This document shows, one piece after another, positions 14,101 through 25,375 of a stretch of 64,000 nucleotides of DNA. The notes under the pieces were generated by a model that was given only the letters and a program-made list of their open reading frames with translations, made no database searches and had not been told where the DNA came from. This DNA comes from Macrostomum lignano. Its lineage: Eukaryota. Location: assembly GCA_002269645.1 (NCBI GenBank), contig NIVC01002184.1, positions 1 to 64,000 of the forward strand, written 5' to 3'. A program made the translations under genes and the position numbers. The first letter of the stretch is position 1; every line of letters starts with the position of its first letter.

Positions 14101-17100
14101 CCCATAGGGCCATGGCTAAGCGCAAGCTTCTGCCCCACGCTGACCTCTGCCTCAAGGACTTGAGAGACAGCAGCGGGCTCCACGTCCTATCTGACGGCGA
14201 ACCCCGCACTCTCAATCTCTTTCAGCGCTACAAGGTCACCATCCCCTCTAGGGATGCTGCCAATGACCACTGGAATTTCCAGGAGGTCCATTGCTACACG
14301 GACGGATCCATCAAAGACGGTCGCGCCGGCTTTGGGGTCTGCATCATCATCAACGGCCGCGTAATTGCCACGCATGCCCAGCACACTGGTAGACTCTCCA
14401 CAGTCTTCCAGAACGAAGTCCTGGCCATCAGCTCCTGAGCTGCAGAGCTGAACGCCAAGGTTACGAGAGGAAAGACTATTGTCATCCACTCCGACAGCCA
14501 AGCGGCCTTACAGGCCCTTTGCCACACCACAACGAACTCCCGGACAGTCGCCGACTGCGCCCGGCAGCTCAACCTCCTGGCCAGAAGCAATACTGTCAGG
14601 CTGAAGTGGATCCCAGGGCACGCAGGGTTTCCGGGGAACGAGCTGGCAGACACCCTCGCCAAGAGGGGCGGCTCTGGCTCTTTCTTCGGCCCTGCCCCCC
14701 TGGTCCCTATGCCCTTGACAGTCATCAATCGTCAGATCGACGACTGGGCTGACTCCCTCCACAGGGACAGATGGGCGGGCACCCAAAACTGCCGGCAATC
14801 TCGTGCCGCGGTTCCTTGCCCGTCTCGCAGGCTCAGAAACATCCTTCTGAACCAGAATCGGAAGGATATTCGAGCCCTTGTCATGACCCTTACCGGCCAT
14901 GGCTACCTCGCCAGGCACTGCTTCCTCCGAGGCGACCTCGAGAGCGAAATTTGCCCCTTTTGCGAGTGCGACAATGAAGATGCTCAGCACTTTGTTTGTC
15001 ACTGCCCCTTCTTTAACAGAGACCGGCTACGCTACCTCGGGCCGAACCCGTCCATTGACGAGGTCTGCCAGCCCGACAGCATCCCACGGCTCATCCAGTT
15101 CCTTCGGGCGACTAGACGAGCCAGTTTCTTCCCCACGGAAGATCACGCTGCAGGACGGACCGGCGGACCACCCTGACCGGCCCCACGCCTCTGCCTGTCT
15201 GCGGGCCTTCAGGGGCTGGCGGAATGGGCGACCCTCGCCTCCCCGCTGTGTCTACGGACCACCCTGCAGCTAAGTCAAGTAAGTCAAGAACAGGTGACTG
15301 GGACAGTGAATGAATTGGTGAATGAGTGAACAGGTGACTGGGACAGTGAATGAATTGCAGAATGAGTGAACTGGTGACTGGGACAGTGAATGAATTGTGA
15401 ATGAGTGAACAGGTGACTGGGACAGTGAATGAATTGGTGAATGAGTGAACAGGTGACTGGGACAGTGAATGAATTGGTGAATGAGTGAACTGGTGACTGG
15501 GACAGTGAATGAATTGCAGAATGAGTGAACTGGTGACTGGGACAGTGAATGAATTGGTGAATGAGTGAACAGGTGACTGGGACAGTGAATGAATTGGTGA
15601 ATGAGTGAACAGGTGACTGGGACAGTGAATGAATTGGTGAATGAGTGAACAGGTGACTGGGACAGTGAATGAATTGGTGAATGAGTGAACAGGTGACTGG
15701 GACAGTGAATGAATTGGTGAATGAGTGAACAGGTGACGAAGATTGCAAAATAAATATGGAGGAAATTTGCATATTGAATCGGTATGCTGCTCACTTTTTC
15801 ACGAGCGTCCTGTCGGATGAGTTCGTTGAAGGTTGCCGATCCTGTCGCGTCCATCACGCGGACTAAGCAGCGGTCCATCTTGCCGATGGTGCTTTTGGCA
15901 AGAGTTCCGCCGGACGCACCACCAAGATGTTTCTGTGAAGGAAATCAGAAGATAAATATTTTTGCTACGAGCGTAGATATCGTAAATTATCACTTTTTCA
16001 ATTATCAATTGTCATGTTTAATTGCGAGGGGTGCATAAATTCCCTAAACTAAAATACTAAAATACTAAAATGAAATATATTTATAGTATATTACTGATTC
16101 AAGAAACAAGCGATTTAAAACGATTTTCATGAGATTTGCACTATTCGGTCAATTTTTTTCTCGGACCATACATATCTCCTTGTGGGTCGCCATAACTCCG
16201 AAAACTAAAATAGCATTATACATTGCTAGAACTTTCGTTGCTATGAAATTTCGGGTTTGTGATGCCCCCCACACTCTTAATTTTGTTTCGAAATTGTTTA
16301 TTTAGAAGGGGATTATATAGGCCCTAATCGTCGAAAGAATCTTAATAATTCAAAGGGCATTGAAAAAAAGTTTTTTTCTCACCAGAAAGTCGGCCATTTC
16401 AGGATTAGAATCTTTCATGCCGTCGAGTTTTGCCTTTTGGTCGGCCAAAACGGTCTTTATGTCCAAGACCTCAGGCTCCGGCTCCGACTTCTGAACCTCA
16501 GTCTCCGGCTTCTGATGGTGGCGCGCCTTGTGTTTTCGCAGGCTGTCTTTGCCGCCTTTTACGCACTTGCTGCACTCCGGGCAGACAACTGAATTCCTGT
16601 ACGCATTGAGGTGATAAAGTTAAGGCAATTTAGTTAACTATAAACTATCTAATGAAGTCTAGAATTAGGCCCTATGTCAATTCACAGCACAACTTGTAAT
16701 CTCCTGTAAACCTAGAGTAACATAGGGCCTAACAGCTGACTCAGCAAATTGCCTCACACCCACTTGCTGAAGCATTCAATAGACCCGACCGTGCGGACTC
16801 CTCTATATCAATTTTCAATACTTGGCTTTCTACCTCCTCTTCTGGAGCAAATTATAAAGCTCAATAACTTTCAGTGAATAAAATTTTCAGCAGAGAAGCA
16901 ACTAATGTCCAGAGAAAGTTACGAAAACATTTTTGACAAACTTGACATGAAATAATTTGTGATTTGAATTGGCCTAGTAAGTATAGTGAACTACTAATCC
17001 TAAAAAAACGATTTCTAATCGATTGATCACTAATTTCTTTTTAAAGCTTAATAGCTTGCTTAGGAAGAGACATCATCAGACACATGAAAAAACTCGCCAA

Positions 17101-20100
17101 ACAGATAATTAGTATGGACGGGAAAGACTTGGATTTTTTATCTAAAAACAGAAACAAGATAAATTAATACAGATGTACTCACTCGTCATTTAACTGGCTT
17201 GAAGAGATGGCGTTCGCATCTCTGATGAGCTGCTTCATCTGAGCCACGACAGCCTCCTGGGTCTTATTATACTTGCCCATCAGAAACTTGATGTCACGTT
17301 GGTGGCTCTGTTGGATGTGCTGCGTAATTCGCGAGTTGCGAATTACGCACTTAGTGCTGAACGCACAGAAAAGCGTTCGACCAGCCGATGTTGCTGCTGC
17401 CGCCGCTGGTGGTGCTGTTGATGTTGCTTCTTCTTCTTCTTCTTCTTCTTCTTCTACTTCAGCGCTCGCATTACCGGCGCGGCGGCGCCGAAATTTGCGG
17501 GGGCCATCGCCCCATGCTCCGAAGGAGCGAGAGACATTTTCCCGGGTTCCGGAGGAGCTCCTCGTGATCGTTCCCGACCAGGGCCATCCGTCGAGCGTCT
17601 CCCCGGTGGCAGTGAAGTAGCGCATGGGCGCTATCGTCGAGTTCTCCGCAATCCGGGCACTGCGGGTTATCGATCATACCGAATCGGTGCTGGATCTCGG
17701 CGCAGAGCATCGTCATGCCTGCGCGAAGCTGGTACACCGCCGTTTGCTCCCGCCGGTCTCTCGCTTTGAAGTCCGGCCAGGGTTGCGGCAGGGTTTCTTT
17801 CTCCAGTGTCCGGCGATCGCGGCGAATGGCTGCTTTTGCGGCGTTGAAAGAGATGGGCACATCCTCTTGGGGCAAGCCTCTTGCCATGCCGGCCGCGCGG
17901 TCCGCCGCTTCATTAAGGCTGATGCCGCAGTGGGCTGGCACCCAGATTAGTTCTATGTCGGCCGTTTCGCTGATGTCTAGCATGTGGCGCCAGCAGTCCG
18001 TACCGGTCTTAGTCGCCTGGGCTAGTGGTCCGGCCCCTAGTGCTGTCAATGACGATAATGAGTCGCTACATAGGCGAATCTTCTTTTCGCTGGGGCTGCA
18101 GTTGTTTCTAATAAAAACCAGTGCTTCGCGGATGGCTATCATTTCTGCGTCAAAGGAGCTACAGGTGATTCCGGCCGGGGCCTTGCGCACGTGACTCGCC
18201 AAGGTCGTGCAGATTATAGCGGCGCTGCCGCCGGGTCCGGTGCCGTCCGCCACCGATCCGTCTGTCCACGCGCAGATGTCGGCCTCAGGCAGTGACTGCA
18301 GGAACTCCGTTGCCGCCGTGCTCCGGGACTCCTGGAGGTCCGTGCGGCGGCATCGGGCCGAGATGTCCAGGCGGATGTTAATGTCCCGTGCGTCGCACTC
18401 CCACGGCGGGATGCCGGGGCTTACCGGGTCGCCTCTTTTGTGGGAATCCAAAATGGCGACCGACGGCAGTTCCAGTGCCGCCCTCCTCCAGCAGTTCCGG
18501 AAGGGGCGGGTGGCGTCCCGCGGGTCGATGAGGTTCAGCGGGTTCGACTGTGCTTCGTCGTCGGCGCCGCCGTCTCCCTGGGTGCGGCTGTGGTCGCGTG
18601 CCAGGGCTTCGTAGGTACGGTTTTTCAGTCTAGGCCTGGTGTTCCGCAAGGCTACTTGTCCCGCCGAGACACTCGGGTCGAGTCTTAGAACTCTTTCCCT
18701 TAGGCGTGCCGCCCGCCCTCTCGGACGCGATGAATGAGAGCGGTGTAAGCCCGGCCAGCTGTAGGACTGAGCGGATGTTGGTCGGCATGATACATCCCGT
18801 AATCAGTCTCGCGCACGCGTTCTGCTGCTGTTCAATAACTCGTCTGGTGGAGGGGGCGGCGCCGCATAGCCAGGTACCTGCGGCGTACTCGGCCACAGCG
18901 CGGACGGTACTGATGTAGGCTGTTCGGATCGTTTGTAGGTCAGCTCCGGTGCTCCTGCCGGCCATCGCTGCGAGCGGTCGGCGTCTGGCGCACATCTTGG
19001 CGCGGACTGTCGCGGCGTGCTGTGCGAAATTGAGTTGACCGTCTAGGCGAACACCGAGGTAGTTCGGGGCGGGGTCGAAGGATATTGGCTTATCATCGAT
19101 GAGCATATTGAGTCTCTTTTTGCCGTTTGACTCCTTTGCGTCCAGCGTGAAAGTGCCGTACACGCTCTTTTCCACGCTGAGCTCCACTTTCCATTCCTTG
19201 CACCACTGTGAGACGGCGTTCAGCGCGGGTTGCAGCTTCTCTCCACATGTGTCCAGAGACCTGTCAGAGGTCAGGAGGGCGCTGTCGTCGGCATACAGTT
19301 TGATGGAAACACCCGCGGCGGCGTCTAGCACCGCATCGACCAGATCGTTGACGTAGACTAACCACAGTGTGGGGGAGAGCACCGACCCCTGTGGTAGTCC
19401 TTCCCGGAAGATGCGTTCTTTGCTGGTGCAGTCGCCGACGCGAACGCGGGCTCTTCGGTCTGACAGGAAGGCCTTGATCCACCGGATGACATCGGCTGGC
19501 ACTCCCAAGTCTCGCAGCTTCGAGTAGAGAGCCGCCCTCCAGACTCTGTCGTAGGCGCGGCTAAAATCAAGCAGGCAGCACTGACCTGATGTGCGGGGTG
19601 TCCTCGAGCTTGTCGAAAATCTCCTGGGAGATGTCGGCAATGAGCTCCTCAGTGGAACGCCCCCGTCGGAAGCCCGCCTGGCTGGCGGTCAGCCGACCCG
19701 AGGCCTCCAGGGCGTAGCGGAGACGCTGGAGGACCATGCGCTCTGCGAGCTTAGCCACGCAGCTGGTGTTGCTGCTGCCGCCGCTGGTGGTGCTGTTGAT
19801 GTTGCTGCTGCCGCCGCTGGTGGTGCTGTTGATGTTGCTGCTGCCGCCGCTGGTGGTGCTGTTGATGTTGCTGCTGCCGCCGCTGGTGGTGCTGTTGATG
19901 TTGCTGCTGCCGCCGCTGGTGGTGCTGTTGATGCTGCTGCTGCCGCTGGTGGTGGTGCTGCTGCTGTCATTGTTGATGCTGCTGCTTGGCACTCAACAGC
20001 GATCAATTTCAAATTTTCCGAAGCCACTGGCGAGCTGCTTTGAGAAGGCTTCCAGTGAATAGCCGTTGGCGAAAAACCACTGCTTTGCTGTTGGCAGCAA

Positions 20101-20180
20101 GCTACAGTTGAACTGTTTTCCACTGGCAATTCACTGCCACTAAGTAGATCCTCAAGAAAACTATATTCTGTATCACCCAT
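8022..20180 (-). CDS. Spliced zinc-finger + tyrosine recombinase (Crypton-like/DNA_BRE_C) gene, interrupted by a LINE in exon 1
   Basis: Exons 20180-19767+17388-17183, 16596-16383, 15932-15795, 10007-9798, 9668-9582, 9314-9081 and 8168-8022. All have GT-AG boundaries and compatible phases, giving ~549 aa. Motifs: CPECSKC..RKHKARHH (C2H2), VESHKTDSEYGSAKI, THTDFRKFVET and LGNRLNHSTEVAMAHY. Confidence 0.8.
8265..9000. repeat. 40-bp minisatellite in YR intron 6
   Basis: Unit GAATGAGTGAACAGGTGATCGGGAGAGTGA(AC/GT)GCATTGCT, about 17 copies, with some 20-bp half-units. Confidence 0.95.
9081..9314 (-). CDS. YR gene catalytic exon (HKT lysine and xxxRK box)
   Basis: Acceptor TTCTTCAG|, 78 codons VESHKTDSEYG...THTDFRKFVETR, donor |GTAAGT. 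Confidence 0.85.
10115..10205. repeat. 40-bp minisatellite, left part (split by a LINE)
   Basis: Unit GAATGAGTGAACAGGTGACTGGGACAGTGAATGAATTGGT. The array continues at 15288-15736. Confidence 0.9.
10206..15287 (+). mobile_element. Near-full-length non-LTR retrotransposon (LOA/Lian-like; ORF1 + APE-RT-RNaseH-CCHC), degenerate
   Basis: ORF1 pieces at 10206-11466. ORF2 from ~11470: LQINLQH, LVQEPW, GDINAHH, SDH (APE); PGPDGI, QGGVLSP, YADD (RT); YTDGS...STVFQNEVLAI (RNase H); CPFC...HFVCHCP. Stops at 12233, 12356, 12710, 13695 and 14436, plus a poly-T frameshift at ~11640. Tail TAAGTCAAG. 12-bp TSD GAACAGGTGACT at 10194-10205 and 15288-15299. Confidence 0.95.
15288..15736. repeat. 40-bp minisatellite, right part
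   Basis: About 11 copies of the same unit as 10115-10205. Confidence 0.95.
15795..15932 (-). CDS. YR gene exon 3 (core-binding-domain start)
   Basis: TTCACAG|KHLGGASGGTLAKSTIGKMDRCLVRVMDATGSATFNELIRQDAREK|GTGAGC, 46 codons, phase 0/0. Confidence 0.75.
16383..16596 (-). CDS. YR gene exon 2 (C2H2 zinc finger)
   Basis: ACAG|g NSVVCPECSKCVKGGKDSLRKHKARHHQKPE...EMADFL|GTGAG. The entry phase matches the exon 1 donor GA|GTGAGT at 17183. Confidence 0.8.
17428..19766 (-). mobile_element. 5'-truncated non-LTR retrotransposon (I-group/Ingi-like; RT-RNaseH-CCHC)
   Basis: Begins mid-RT (CVAKLAERMV, QAGFRRGRST), then LDFSRAYD, GLPQGSVLSP, YADD; RNase H WTDGS, SSFDAE, CSDSLS, WVPAHCGISLNEAAD; and CPDC..HALLHC. 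(GAA)n tail at 17428-17454. The flanks 17389-17427 and 19767-19805 are identical (39 bp, but within a 33-bp repeat). Confidence 0.92.
19767..19975 (-). repeat. 33-bp coding tandem repeat (TSTAPPAAAAA)n in YR exon 1
   Basis: GCAACATCAACAGCACCACCAGCGGCGGCAGCA occurs about 5-6 times in frame with MGDTEYSFLEDLL. Confidence 0.9.
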
Positions 20181-20269
20181 GTTTAAGGTAATAAAGCGCG
20201 ACTTACGAGGTAGAAATAGAAAACTACGAGCTCGTAGCTCATGAAACACTTCTGTCAGCCCGAACAGCC

Positions 20270-20410
20270 CCTGCTTTTATCTGTGCAAAATACACTGGTT
20301 TCATCCCACTAGAGCTCCTATTGGCTGGCGCCGCAAGGGTGGGTTAACGCATTGCTTCAAACTGAAAGGGAATTCTGAGAACGAGGCCCCTTAAGCCAGC
20401 TCCAATTGGC
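20270..20410 (-). promoter_or_regulatory. Putative promoter of the YR gene
   Basis: Two CCAAT boxes on the - strand (ATTGGCTGG at 20320 and 20405 on +) and a TATA-like GATAAAAG at ~20273-20280, 90-230 bp upstream of ATG 20180. Confidence 0.35.
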
Positions 20411-20692
20411 TGGAGCGAAAGGGTCAAACTGAGGAGAAAAGAAAGACAAAAACTCCCCACCCCAACCCACACCCAGCCGAATGACTCTGCCTAAAATCCT
20501 TGGATAGCCTACTCAGTACTAGAGCAGTACTCTGAATCGCTAAAAAATATCCTCTACAAGTTCAACAGCGCATTTGTTTGCAATATTTCTAACAACATTT
20601 TCATCTATCATATATCCTATGTCTTCTTCTTATCACAAATTTTGCTCTTGCACTCCTTTAGGTGGTAGATAGGTATTAAAGAGTAAGGGGGT

Positions 20693-20862
20693 TGTAACGA
20701 TGTATACATACAATCACAGATGTAAAAAATATAAGGAGACTCACCCGCCTCAGCTTATCGCAGCAGCTAAGACTATCGATATATATATTTAGAACAAAGA
20801 GCCTGGCATGGACTAACTCTGCATATTCACTCAAACACAGGGAAGGTCTTGGGGCCGCTACA
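20693..20862. mobile_element. Possible solo LTR or short inverted-ended element
   Basis: Starts TGTAACG and ends CGCTACA (imperfect inverted termini). Its right part is duplicated at ~20925-20992. No TSD found. Confidence 0.25.
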
Positions 20863-21465
20863 TTATCTTCATCTAACTGATTCAGCCGCCTCTGTTAATC
20901 TCGCCAGCTCAGAGTCTCCTATACTTAGAACAGAGTCAGCTCTAAGTCAGCTTTTTCACTCGAACACACAGATATGGTCTTGGGGCCGCTATAACCCCTT
21001 TATCTATGACGGGAGCTGAGGTCTTAGTCTGTTTTCGGGCCTTTCTCTAAAGAGAAATATGAAATTAGAAGTTTGAGTAGTGCCACCTTGTCGATCCGTA
21101 CGTTGCCTTTTTTATTATTCTAATGTTTCTTTTTTGCTTATCTAGCAAAATTTCATGTTTATTATATTACTTTCTCTTTGTTCAAGTAGTAGCCTGGCTA
21201 GATAATTCATTCGAAATTCTCGAAGCCGTAAGAAATTGGATAAGAATTTTAGTCCCATAACATAGGTATGTAGTGAAACTACAACTTAACTTTGATTTGA
21301 ATTGCATATATTTTATGAGTTAAGGACGAGAGGGCTTGGGGCGAGAAACTTAACTGCGAGAAAGAACTGTAAAAGGAAATTAGTCTATGGTAATTTATGA
21401 CAAACTGAGTTGCAAATAAAAAGTACAACAAAATACCCATAGGTAATTTTGTCCGCCAGAGCCAC

Positions 21466-22912
21466 ATGCAATTTTGTCCGAGCTCATGTGATTGCCTCCC
21501 CCCACTGCTGGTCTGCCTCGGTCTGCTTGGCAACGGCCTGGTCGCGTACGTGACTCTGGCTCGGCTGCGCCCGCTGACTCGGCAGAATGTCTACTTTGGA
21601 TGCATCGCTGTGGTGGACTCGATCGCTGTCACTGAAATTGGCGTTGTGCAGCTCTTCCTGAGCAAAGGCCTGCCCTGGCTTAGCGGCGGCAGGCTCGGCT
21701 TCATCCTGCTTAACCAGGGAGACTGGGGCTGCCGGAGCCAATCCTACCTGCTGGGCCTGTGCCAGCTGCTGCCGGCCGCGATGCTTCTAGCCATGGTTGT
21801 CGACCGCACCCTGTCCATGCTGGCCCCGTTCCGGTTCCGCACCCTGGGGCCAGGTGTAGCGCTGCGCGTAGCTTTGCTGACTGCGGCCACTTCCGCTGTT
21901 CTGGCTGCTCCGATCCTGTTTTTAACTTCTCTGGTTGGTTGCGTGACCCCTCAAAGACCTCTAAAAATAATTTAGGTCCAATGGCATTGGAGTACAAAGG
22001 ATTTCGTACAAAAGGAGAAGGGGGCGCTTCATAAGACCTAAATTTCACACCACCTAAAGCACAAAACTTCGCATCGCCTAAACTTCATATCGTCTAAATT
22101 TCACACTGAATGTGAAGGAGAGAAGCACAGATTTTAGGCGATATGAAATTTAGGCGATGTGAAGTATGATGGTTTTAGGCGTTGTGAAATTTGGGTCTTA
22201 TGAAAACGTCCCAGAAGAAGAGCCACTACAACTTGTGCGATTTATGTGAAGATAGAGTCGAATTTTATCTCATATTGTGAACTTTTAATCTGCTCAGACA
22301 AACTGTTGAAACTTTAAACTTTTTTTTAGAATTCTTATTCTTTTATCGAAAATTTATTTATCGAAACTTTCGCTCCCACCGCAGGTGACGTTCTCTGGCA
22401 GCTCTGGCAATTTCTTCATCTCGTGCTACCTGACCAACCAGCGAGTTGAAGCTCTGCTCTACTGGAACTTGCTGTGCAGTCCGCCTACCCTGGCTCTGCT
22501 GGCCATCCTGCTGACCAACTGTCTATTGTTGTTCTGCGTCGCTCGTGTGGCCAAGGAGCGAAGGCGCCATCTGCAAGGTGGATGCGGCAGCGGCGGAGTC
22601 AGCGACGGCCAGAGCCTCAGCGGTGCCACAGCTGTACTGGCTCTGTCTGTGCTGATGCTGCTGTGCGACTTTCCCCTGATCGCCGTGTACTGGACACTCA
22701 GGTTCCTGCCAGCCCAGACCGATCCCACCGTCATGCATGCCCTATCTGAGTCGATCTCAGCCCTGATGGCTCTGCATCTGCTCAGCCAGGCGGGAAACTT
22801 GCCGGTGATGCTGCACCGCAATCGCCGGTTCAGACGATGCTTCCTAGAACTGGTGCGACTGAGATCGGAGCGCCCGACCAGTTGGGAGATGCGAGCCGGC
22901 ATTGCCGAGTGA
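21466..22912 (+). CDS. Orphan rhodopsin-class (peptide-receptor-like) GPCR, 2 exons
   Basis: Exons 21466-21933 and 22385-22912, phase 0 (CTG|GT..CAG|GTG). TM1 LGLLGN, TM2 YFGCIAVVD, extracellular Cys, TM3 AMVVDRT, TM6 LLCDFP, TM7 NLPVM, helix 8 RRFRRCF. The N-terminus may be incomplete. Confidence 0.85.
22021..22212. mobile_element. MITE in the GPCR intron (Merlin/hAT-like)
   Basis: ~38-bp TIRs GGG(G/A)CG..TCATAAGACC(T/C)AAATTTCACA, with internal CCTAAA(T/C)TTCA subrepeats in mirror orientation. 8-bp flanks AGGAGAAG / AGAAGAAG (1 mismatch). Confidence 0.75.
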
Positions 22913-23023
22913 TTGGCGATCGACATTTTGAGTTTCGCCAAGGATTCGACTCTACTACCAAAACAGACGAGAACTTGTTCAAGTTGTCAAATAAAACAAA
23001 GCAGGCCGAGTTATAGCCTTTGA

Positions 23024-23055
23024 ACTAGCAATCAGCGCCCCCCGTTGGGGAGCCA
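23024..23055 (-). mobile_element. Helitron-like 3' terminus
   Basis: The - strand reads GCTCCCC-AAC-GGGGGGC, GCTGATTG, CTAG|T. This is the same hairpin+CTAG layout as at 45101, 47770 and 51825. The 5' end was not located. Confidence 0.55.
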
Positions 23056-23247
23056 AAAATGCAGTACAAGTTTTTTTCATAAACTACATGTAGCGTCTCT
23101 TTGCAATATACCTCAGCAGTCCCTTGTAGGCCTTGACATGTCAGCAATTCCCCCCACAAGCTTTAACATATCAACTCCCCCCCATATGCCTTGAAATCTT
23201 AAAGTTTTTGTCTGCTGATCTGCATTTGTTTTCACTCCAACAAAGCG

Positions 23248-24168
23248 ATCGCACAAGCCGAATTGAGTTGACAGCACAGCCTCACACCTTATTTTAATTT
23301 TTGCTGAAATCCCAAATTATCAATGCAAAGAGATTTCCCATATTCTTAATAATTTATCTAAAGCGAATTTCGTAATTTTGAGGATCTCAAACAGCTCAAC
23401 TCATAAAACTGATCAAAGCTCCAAGCCTGTGTTTTGTCATCTTGTACTTGGGTTTGGAATTTTGATTTTTACTTATGTGCCCTGCTCATAAGTATACTGC
23501 CTCAGGCTTGGGGTGGGCGCTCAGCCTCTCAGTCCCTCAGCATCTCCGCAAATCACTGCTGTGAGAATGAGGATCATGAGCTGTGATGGAGAATGGGCTG
23601 GGATGTAGGGTGAGGGACAGGAGGAGAGAGACAGGCTGGGATGTAGGGTGAGGGACAGGAGGAGAGAGACAGGCTGGGATGTAGGGTGAGGGACAGGGAG
23701 AGAGACAGGCTGGGATGTAGGGTGAGGGACAGGAGGAGAGAGACAGGCTGGGATGTAGGTAGGGTGCAGGACTGGCCGTTGGCCAAGTGTGGGGCCACTA
23801 TCGATACTGATCGGACACCCACGACCACAAAAAATCGGGAATAAAACACATAAAGTCGTTGCTATCAATCTCTATGCATCGTTTCTTAGCCCTCGAAGCC
23901 AAATGGGGATATAGTCTATCAATGTAAAAAGATGTTTAAATCGCCGCACGCAATAACTCCTACAGTCAGCTACTCATAGAAGTAGTGCGGTAAGCATATC
24001 CTTGACATAAAGGAGAATGGCTGATGGCATTTTTGACGAAAATTTCTTTATACAAAATCCGCCATGCTAGCTATATTATTTTACTCAAGAGAGAGTAACA
24101 GATCTTTTGCACTACCTTGAACTGTGCCTTGGGCTCTCGGGGGTGGACTCTCTCTCTCCCTCCCCTCC

Positions 24169-24222
<54 letters not shown>

Positions 24223-24510
24223 TCCTTCTCTCTGACTGCTTACACAGCCATCCTTCAGGTAACCAACTAGCGCACAGGCCGAATTGAGTTGACAGCACAG
24301 CCTCACACCGTATATTCATATGTGCTGAAATCCCAAATTAGCTCGTATCTATTCAATGGGATTTCCTATATTCTTAATAATTTATCTAAAGCAAATTTGT
24401 ACTTTTTGGGATTTTAAACAGCTTAACTGATAAAACTGATTAAAGTTCCCTGCCTGTGTCTTTGTCATTTTGTACTTGGATTTGGAATTTTGATTTGTTC
24501 TTGTGCCCAT
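23248..24510. repeat. Direct ~250-bp duplication (23248-23490 / 24270-24510) enclosing a 38-bp repeat and (CT)n
   Basis: Both copies share CGCACA.GCCGAATTGAGTTGACAGCACAGCCTCACACC...TTCTTAATAATTTATCTAAAGC. 38-bp unit x4 at 23597-23765; (CT)n at 24149-24225. Confidence 0.8.
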
Positions 24511-25375
24511 ATTTCATGCACACAGCCATTGCTCATTTTCCACAATCTTCCTCAAGCCCAATAAAAACTGGGGGGGGGGGGTCAATAAAAATTTTTCCAG
24601 TTGCGAGAAGGCTAAAAAAGAAAAAAATTGCAGGCTTCCAGCTCAGCCTCCGCCCGTCATCTCTGAGCACAGAAGCGAAGGTGCAGTGAGGGGGCAGGAA
24701 GGGTGCTCAAGCACAACACAAAGGCTCCATTGTGCAAAGCTGGGGCTGCAACTCATGCTCATGAAGCAAGCCCTGCTCTTTCTGCAGCTTCAGCATCCCC
24801 CACTCCCCCAAATTTATTTTTTTATAAGCAGTTGAGTTAAAAAAACACGGCAGCCACTCAGTGCTGAGAGTAGGCAGTTCCGGTATGCTAGAGAGTCACA
24901 CATGAGTATATTTGATTAGATGATGACAAACAGCAAAGAGCTTGAGTACAGTTTGGTATTTAAACATCTCCACTGCTTGAGGGAATATTCATAAAACAGT
25001 TCTGGGATAAATCATCAGCAGGTAGATAAATATTTGAGTTCGATAGTTGAGCAGAGTTGAATCAATCAAATTTAATGTTTCAAGACATTTGCAAGTTTAA
25101 TTCAAAGCTTTCAGGCATTTCCAATCTGATGCAACGCTGCCGTCTCAATGCCCTCAAATTGAAGTTTCAGCACTGCAAAGACCGAAGCGTGTCAAAAAAT
25201 TCGGGAAAACGGAAAAACGCAGCAGTCAAGGGATGAATTTATAGAAACTTGAAGGCCAAGGATTGTAGTTTAGACTTTAAAAAGAACAATAGTAACTCAT
25301 TTTCAAGGGATTTTCTGGGACTCAAACGGCTGCTGATTCTGAATGAAGGCGAACCAGCAACCAGCTCAGCTTCTG

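Noticed and set aside
16740-16985. Additional YR exons (EEVESQVLK..., CQVCQKC...)
   Set aside because: Phases do not fit cleanly, and exon 1 already splices in frame to 16596. Left unassigned.
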